64,000 bases of DNA from Zygnema circumcarinatum SAG 698-1b. Its lineage: Eukaryota; Plantae; Zygnematophyceae. The position numbers and the translations under genes are program-made. Shown here in pieces: positions 52,336 to 64,000 of this stretch. Position 1 is the stretch's first letter. Every line of letters starts with the position of its first letter. The stretch covers positions 1,178,001 through 1,242,000 of the forward strand of contig CM074820.1 of NCBI GenBank assembly GCA_037447605.1. Direction: 5' to 3'. Below the pieces are notes generated by a model, which was given only the letters and a program-made list of their open reading frames with translations, did no database searches and was not told the DNA's origin.

Positions 52336-55300
52336 ATGAGCTTCTCGCCGTCATCATGGACGCGGATGGTCCCTCAGGGAGCAAGGCCGTCGGGAGGAGT
52401 GGTGGGAGCGATAGCGGTGGGCGGAGCGTTGCTCTATGGCGCAGTGAACAGCCTCTACAACGTGGAAGGCGGGCACCGCGCCATCGTCTTCAACCGCATC
52501 GTGGGAGTGAAGGACAAGGCAGGGCTCTGCTGCCTTTTGCCTTTTCTCGGCTTATTGCAGATAATGTATGAGGGATGAGGGCGCTAATCAGGAGAATAGA
52601 GAACGATAAAATTCGTTTAATTCTTATCAAGAGTGGCGGCTTTATTGACTTCTAATTTAATATGCGGGTTGGGAGAGGCGCATGCAGGTGTATCCTGAAG
52701 GAACTCATTTGATGATTCCTTGGTTTGACCGGCCGATCATTTACGATGTGCGAGCGCGACCTAATCTTGTGGAAAGCACTTCCGGCAGCCGGGACCTGCA
52801 AATGGTACTTTTTTTGTGTGCACTAATGCGCTGCGCAATTTTAGAGAATGTATCTGTGGAAGTGCATGGGGTGGACAAGGCGGAGAGGGAGGTCTTGCGA
52901 CTTCAGGCCTTCCAATAGACATTCCATCTTGGGTGAATATGTCGTAATGAGAAACGAGCGTCTCCAAGGCTGTCTAGTCATGTTCACACTTTCGTTCAAA
53001 TTCTTCTGGTGATGTTGTGGTATTCATATTGGGGGATTTGATGTCTCCTGTGAACTTGAAATTGGTGCTTTAGGGTTTTGCTAGCTCTTTTTTTCTGGCC
53101 GACAAAACGCCATTTTCATGTTTCTCCTTCTAGTGTACTTTACAAAGTTGGCAAGAAAGTTATAGCGGAATTTTTTGCCTAGATTTCTAAGGATTTAAGA
53201 GCATTTTCTTGAAGATTTCTAAAGGATACAAAAGCTCTTTTCTGAAAACTAAAAAATGGGCGCATGTTTGTACTTTAAACTCATCTTCTAGTCGATGGTG
53301 TCACGTCACCGTCAATTAGTTTTCATGTCTCTTCCGTGACAGCATTCTTTCTGATTTCTGATTAAAAATCTTAAGATAACAGATGCATTTTTGTCATCCA
53401 CACTTAGGGTTTAGAAAACACGTTAGCAAGGGACATGAAAGATTGAAATTATGGAGGCAATGAGCTTCTTGGCACATCGTTTCCACGTAAAGGAAATAGC
53501 TCCTGTTGTTGACCTGTAACCTTTTTACTGCAAAAATCGGAATGGTTTTATTTTGGTTTCGTGTTGCCTGTATTCGATTTTCCGTCAGCTGTATGCAATG
53601 GGGCTGTACAACGTGGGTTTTCTGAAGTTCTCAAATCTGACCCAAAATGCGTAAGTTTCGAGTACTTAAGGACTCCAGATACTACAAGCTTGAAAGGAAA
53701 TCATATTGAAAACTCAGTAATTAGCTGGTTAGAGTTAAGTGGTGTCTTCAGTAAGAGTCTTTCAAACTTGCAGAACATTCTGTTCAGCTGTGGAATCCTC
53801 CAATGCTGACTGAGTAATTTCCGAGTTATCGTGGAGTTGGCATCGTCATACAAACTGTTCAGGACTTGGGTCTCGCATGAAGGATTGGTCAGCCGATGCT
53901 TGCTACTCGAGTCAGATCAAGTCAAGTATAATGTTTCAGGCCTGTTTCAAAGCTGGGAAAATTTGAGAGGAAGAGTCCCGATACCACTCTAGAATGAGAG
54001 CAGTTAATTGAAAATTGAATGTGAGGTTTATCTGACCGTCCACAGAATGGATGGGGTGCTGATGTGACCTTTAGGTTCGGATTACACTTCGAGTTTTGAC
54101 CCGGCCAATGGCTGACCGGCTCCCCCACATCTACCGCACACTTGGACAAGACTATGCAGAGAGAGTGTTACCTTCCATCGTGCAGGAAACACTGAAGGCA
54201 GTCGTTGCCCAATACAATGCGAGCCAGCTCATTACGCAGCGTGAGGTCGTCTCTCCCCCTCGCCTTTTTGTGTTTATTCACTCTCCCAACTACTCTAATG
54301 TTGTTGGTGCATTTTTTAAATACATCCGTAGTGCGAGCTTTACGGAGTCGCAATATTGCATGGCATCTCCTGAAAAAGCTCAGATTATGAGTGTGAGGGT
54401 GGAACGATGTTGAAGTTGGCAAGAAACGAGTTCATTCAGGACTTTCTGTCACTGAGAGAAGAGGTAGAGGTCTTTCTACTTGCGTGGCGAAATCACCTCC
54501 TATGCAGACACCGTTTCTTAATGGGCTAGGGAGCAAACGAGGAGCAGGAATATGCTGAGCGGATACTTTGCGGGTTCTCTTTGTTGCAGGTGGTAAGCCG
54601 AGAAATTCGGCGGATACTGCAGGAGAGGGCAGAGAGCTTCGACATTGCTTTGGATGACGTGTCCATTACAAACCTCACCTTTGGAAGGGAGTTCACAGCC
54701 GCCATTGAGGCCAAGCAGGTGGCTGCACAGGAGGCAGAGCGAGCCAAGTTTGTGGTAGAGAAGGCGGAGCAGGACAAGCGCAGCGCCGTCATCAGGGCGC
54801 AGGTAAATTGGTGGTAGATTATCGTTTGTGGGGTGTAACAAGCAGTATGATACGTGAATCCTGTTTGGGGCATTGGGTTGGAATTCAATTCTTTCATGTT
54901 TCTCCAAGGTATATATCTGAACAAACGTTGTTTGTTCAGATATATACCTTGGATATATACCTCTGAACGTTGTTCGTTCTGTGGATATGGAGATGTTTTG
55001 ATCGACAAAACTGTGAAGAAGAAGCGTGGTTCTAACCCTAACATTTATAAAAGAGGAATGTATTGGAATGTTAGTCTGTTGGCAGAGGAGAGAGAACGAG
55101 AGGAGTGGAGGTGCTGATGAGAGCCCATCTGCTTGTCCGCCTTCTTAATATTTAGCCTCTCTGGATGGGATGTGCAGGGAGAGGCGAAGAGTGCTCAGCT
55201 CATTGGAGAGGCCATTGCCAATAACCCGGCCTTTATCATTCTGCGTAAGATCGAGGCTGCAAGGGAGATTGCAAACACTGTCGCGCAGTCACAAAATCGT

Positions 55301-55393
55301 GTGTTTTTGAACTCCGATAATCTGCTCCTCAATTTGGGAGACGTGCAGGTGGAGGAGCCTAAGAATGCTGAGAACAAGGGGAAGGGCAAGTAA
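52336..55393 (+). CDS. PHB: Prohibitin, PHB2-type (class II), 5 exons
   Basis: [21 protein letters not shown]|[87 protein letters not shown] and [11 protein letters not shown]. Confidence 0.95.
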
Positions 55394-57140
55394 TGCAGGG
55401 AGCTGTCTTTGCTTTCTTCCTCTCTGTGAGAGGACGAGGGCCCTTATTCATGGTGCCTCTGTCAAATGCTTCGCTGCAACTTCCAATAAGTCCTTTGTGG
55501 CCCAATTTTGGTCGCTTATTGTTCAAAAGTCGGCTTGCTCGTACTGTAGAGAGAGCGAGTGCGAGATAGAGAGGAGAGAGGGAAAAGGAGAGGGAGAGGG
55601 AGGAGGGAGAGAGTGAGAAATGCTCAGTTGAGAGGAGTGGAGCAGATACCCCGAGGGACATTGTGAGGACGTGAAGGCAGCAGACCCGCATGTATAGGCG
55701 TGGAGTGTGCCTGAGTTGGCCAATTCGGTCGGTCATTCATTCACACGCTCGGTGCTGCGCACATGCACGTGGCTCTGCCCTTGAGGTTTCTGAGCCTGCT
55801 GCTGCTGCTGGTCGCCTCATGCACTGCATGGCCAGCGTAATGTGACTTTTGTTACCATGATGCTTTACGGTGTCATCTAAAGTTTCAGTTCAGCACACTC
55901 GTTCCTGTTTTTGCCATACTTGAACATGCGTGACAGTTCTGCACTGCATTATTACTTACTGCACAGGGAACCAAAACGTGCCTCTTTATAGAGTAGACAC
56001 TTGGGAGTGAAGGAAAGCAACAAAGAGAGGACGAATGCCACCAACTGGGAAGTGCCTGCACAGGTCTGACCATTATGTAAGCTACTATTGGACAACTATA
56101 CCAGCTAATGGTGTGTCAGCCATAGCATCCAATGGTTCGCAACAATTGTGATCCAGATTGATCCCATAGTCCTACAATTCCTGGTCCAGGGGATACATTC
56201 AAATACATGAAAACGGCCCTGTAGTAGTTAACTCTTGGAGACAGAATTGAGGCCAAGACTAGACCGACGAAATGGTGGAGATCTACTTGCTCGCCTTCCA
56301 TGCTCTTACTTCAACACTCGATCATCCAACGACCAACAACGACGTCAGCCGCGACAAAAATCAACCCATCAACAGGTTCAGCTTTGAAGGCCAAACTTTG
56401 GCTCGCTCTAGTGAGCCTATTCTTATCTGACCTAAACCTTCAAGCTGCAGGCGATCAGACCAAGTTCACTGAACCCAATAAGGGAGGGCCCCCCTTTCCA
56501 GAGCGCAGTAAATGTACATTAGAGAGAAGCCTTGAAGAACTCTTCACGCTTGGACCTACTAGCTCAAGAAAGCTTGTCCACCGGAATCCCTCAAAACATG
56601 GACAGAAAATGAACAAAAACCCAGGAGAGATGTGCATAAGCCTACCCGGCTAACTGTCAGACCCGCAACCTACCATGGAATGTAGGCAGAGCAACAAAGT
56701 ACAGGACTTTGAATCTCAGTGAGTGGACTTGAACTTTGCAGACCTTTCCAAAGTACCCAACATCAACATTTTAAGAAAATACCGTCAAACGAGAAGCTCG
56801 GAGAAAACTAGTATTCAAGATTTACACTCAGAACACTCGAAAACAATCACTTTATAAAAAAAATAGGCACCAAATTCACAGTTATCATCAAAACATGACC
56901 TACAAAACTTGTGTTAGGGGTTCTTGAAACTCCGCTCTACAAAAGAAGAAACCAAACAAAGTGCTGTGCCTTTATTGCATTTCTTGAAACGAATTGAATC
57001 TGCAAACTTTTTGGAAACATGGGTTCAAAGTCACCGATAATGAAACAAAATAGTCATTACATGTCAAACTGCATGTCAGAGTTGAAGAATATCAAGACGA
57101 GGATTGATTATCTCTGGCACAGTGATGAAAAGTTGCTCCT

Positions 57141-59595
<2,455 letters not shown>

Positions 59596-59899
59596 GGCTG
59601 CGTCTTCGAGGAAGCGAGCAGCAGCAGACAAACACGGAGACTGAGTGAGCGAGCGAGAGTGCAGCAGCAGCTGCAGCAGAACAGCAGCAGGCGCCGCAGG
59701 ACCGAGCTGAGTGCGCCGACTGCCTGCCTCCCTGCCTCCCTGTGCCCTTCCTGTTCCTGCTCCTGCCCAGTAACAGCAGTGTCGTAGTGACCGACTGACT
59801 GACTGCCTGCCTGACTGCCCTCCCTCCCTCCCTCCCTCCCTGTCCGCCCGCGAGTGTCTGACAGAGGCGCGGCGCTCCACCCAAGGTACCCCCCTGTTC

Positions 59900-60075
59900 A
59901 CCGTAAGCCAATTATGGTTCGCCACGTATGCCTATAATCTGACATGTCACGCCGTGATTGGCTACGGTCCAGCACAGTGCGCTCAATGGCGTCCCGCGCG
60001 GCGCTGGCTGAGGGCGGCGGCGCGCTCTGCCTGTCATTCGCCAGCCAATGAGGGCCGCTCCGGGCGGGCGGGCGG
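59900..60075 (-). promoter_or_regulatory. Putative beta-tubulin copy 1 promoter with CCAAT and GC boxes
   Basis: AGCCAAT, ATTGGCT and AGCCAATGA motifs plus GGGCGGGCGGG lie 300-480 bp upstream of the ATG. Confidence 0.4.
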
Positions 60076-61277
60076 TCTTTGGCAGATCCTGCGCGCCCAA
60101 ATCTTTTTGGCGGAAGGAATCGAGGAGGCGATCGGGGAGGCCTAGGCTAGGGGAGGCTAGGGGAGGCTAGGATAGGCTAGGCTAGGCTACCTACCAAGGG
60201 GGCGCGCCATTGGTCAAAAAATGCGGCGTTGCGAAGGGGATGGGGTACAAATGGGGCTGGCAGGGGACACGTGTCGGCGAAGGCGGGTTTAAATGGGGTG
60301 TGGATTTTTGAGTGGAAGTGAAACGTGTGCCGTACGTTTTGTTGAAGTTCAAAATTTGAAATCGGATGGCTGAACGGAGCGGAGCTATGGAGGCGCTGTT
60401 TAACTGGGAACGGGGAACAGAACTGGCTGAGCATGGGAGGGGCGTTTGGGCTCTCGATTCCCCTGAAGTTTCTCATACTCCACTCCCCACGGGAATGAAA
60501 GATCAGGGAAATATATCCTTCATGGTGTAGGAAAACGGGATATTTCCCCACTCGCAAGCCACCTCGTGCAACAGCTGCAATTGGCATGTCCTACTTGACA
60601 CTACAAACACGGGAAAGAGTTTTGCGGTTGCACGTTTTTGTTGTATCTGTCGAGTGATCCTTGGTCAGATTCCAAAACAGTGAATGGCATGGTGCCATAC
60701 TCAACCTATATGCCACACCATGCCATGACACATCATAAAAATTTACACGGTGACATCCTGCATGTGCGCAACATCCATGCGCACATCCATCAAACGAGGG
60801 CAGTGGCATTCAGCATACAACCAAGAGCTCAGGAAACCTGTGAGTAGCACAGCACAGAAACTACGCTATGCAGCAGATTGATATGTGCACATCACAATTG
60901 ACCTAAATTGCATGGCGACCAGCAAGTTAGGAGGCATCAAAAGTGGAGACCAGACTCTGGATAACGAAACATTCTGGACAACACTCGAAGCAATGGGCAA
61001 GGTTTAGACCCCAAATGTTGAAAAAACGCAATTCGGGCAATTTACAGTCTCCCTAGGGTTCATAGGATTATGGTCGACAGCAATTACATTTCTGACAGGT
61101 AATGCTTTTCAAGCGAAAAAATGTCCCGGCAGAATTGACCCCTAAACCCCTCTGCATGGCATTGACACTCCAGCCAGAAGTTAACCTACCACACCAAAAC
61201 GGTACCTCCATGCCTTGTTCCGAACAGCTAGTGTAATATTAACAAAACTCAAAATGGAAGTTAGAAAAACTTCAAAT

Positions 61278-63502
<2,225 letters not shown>

Positions 63503-63772
63503 GGTGGCGACGAAGCGTGAAGTGCACCGGCAGAAGGAAGTGCAGCGGAGCGGGTGGCGACCCGCAGCAGCAGAGAGGGGAGCAGAGGCAGTAGCAGCAG
63601 CAGCGGGTGCAGGAGGGAGGTGGTCAGTGCCAGAGAGGGGGCAGTCAGGGGCGGCAGCATCCACCAAGACCCGCCCGCCCGCCCTGTCTCTGACAGCCCG
63701 TTCAAACGCGGGCGGGAACTGTGCGCACATTTTTCCCCGAATTTGTCGTCACCCTAACGGCGCCCGCGCACC

Positions 63773-63897
63773 TCGGTTTCCGGTTTCTGGTTTCTGGTTT
63801 CCGGTTTCCAGTTTCTGGTTTCCGGTTTCCGGTTTCTGGTTCCTGGTTTCCAGTTTCTGGTTTCTGGTTTCTGTCTGGTTTCTGATTTCTGGTTTTT
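63773..63897. repeat. 7-bp tandem repeat (GGTTTCY/AGTTTCT)n upstream of beta-tubulin copy 2
   Basis: Direct reading. Confidence 0.9.
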
Positions 63898-64000
63898 TGC
63901 AGTTTTCAGTTTTCGTACGGCGCTGTAGGCTTCTGACAGGTCTTCAAGCTGGCCTTTGAGACGGAGGCTTTGGGACGAGCTTCGAAAAGAGTACTCTAGG

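Noticed and set aside
56080-56700. Segment between PHB and tubulin that might be a retroelement relic
   Set aside because: Short ORFs without RT, endonuclease or transposase motifs.

Overview
Gene-dense, intron-rich eukaryotic nuclear DNA of a green plant lineage, most likely a streptophyte alga (inference from plant-type proteins, short introns and microsatellite-rich flanks). It is a draft assembly with four 10-N gaps (14881-14890, 17602-17611, 19792-19801, 24259-24268). Gene order: partial ARV1 (+), MNS5/EDEM-type GH47 mannosidase (+), a ~12 kb accessory block, RNA polymerase III subunit RPC4 (-), a TBC/Rab-GAP gene (+), an orphan coiled-coil gene (+), MGDG synthase (+), CDKC (-), prohibitin (+) and two tandem beta-tubulins (-). 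The accessory block holds a 1 kb foldback element with an 8-bp target-site duplication, a second inverted-repeat element, and pieces of at least three related Ty3/gypsy chromovirus elements, one 2.18 kb piece duplicated across gaps. Most notable observations: (1) a TBC intron that looks like a mosaic of bacterial gene fragments (Lnt-like and metal ABC permease-like); (2) an extra domain between Gag and protease in the Ty3 elements that may be a degenerate adenine-methyltransferase fold; (3) a slippery heptamer plus stem-loop conserved at the gag/pol junction of two elements; (4) a shared E383V change and apparent gene conversion in both beta-tubulins; (5) three GC-AG introns, perfect intronic hairpins and promoter motif arrays. 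All homology calls come from recognising motifs by eye, not from database searches.
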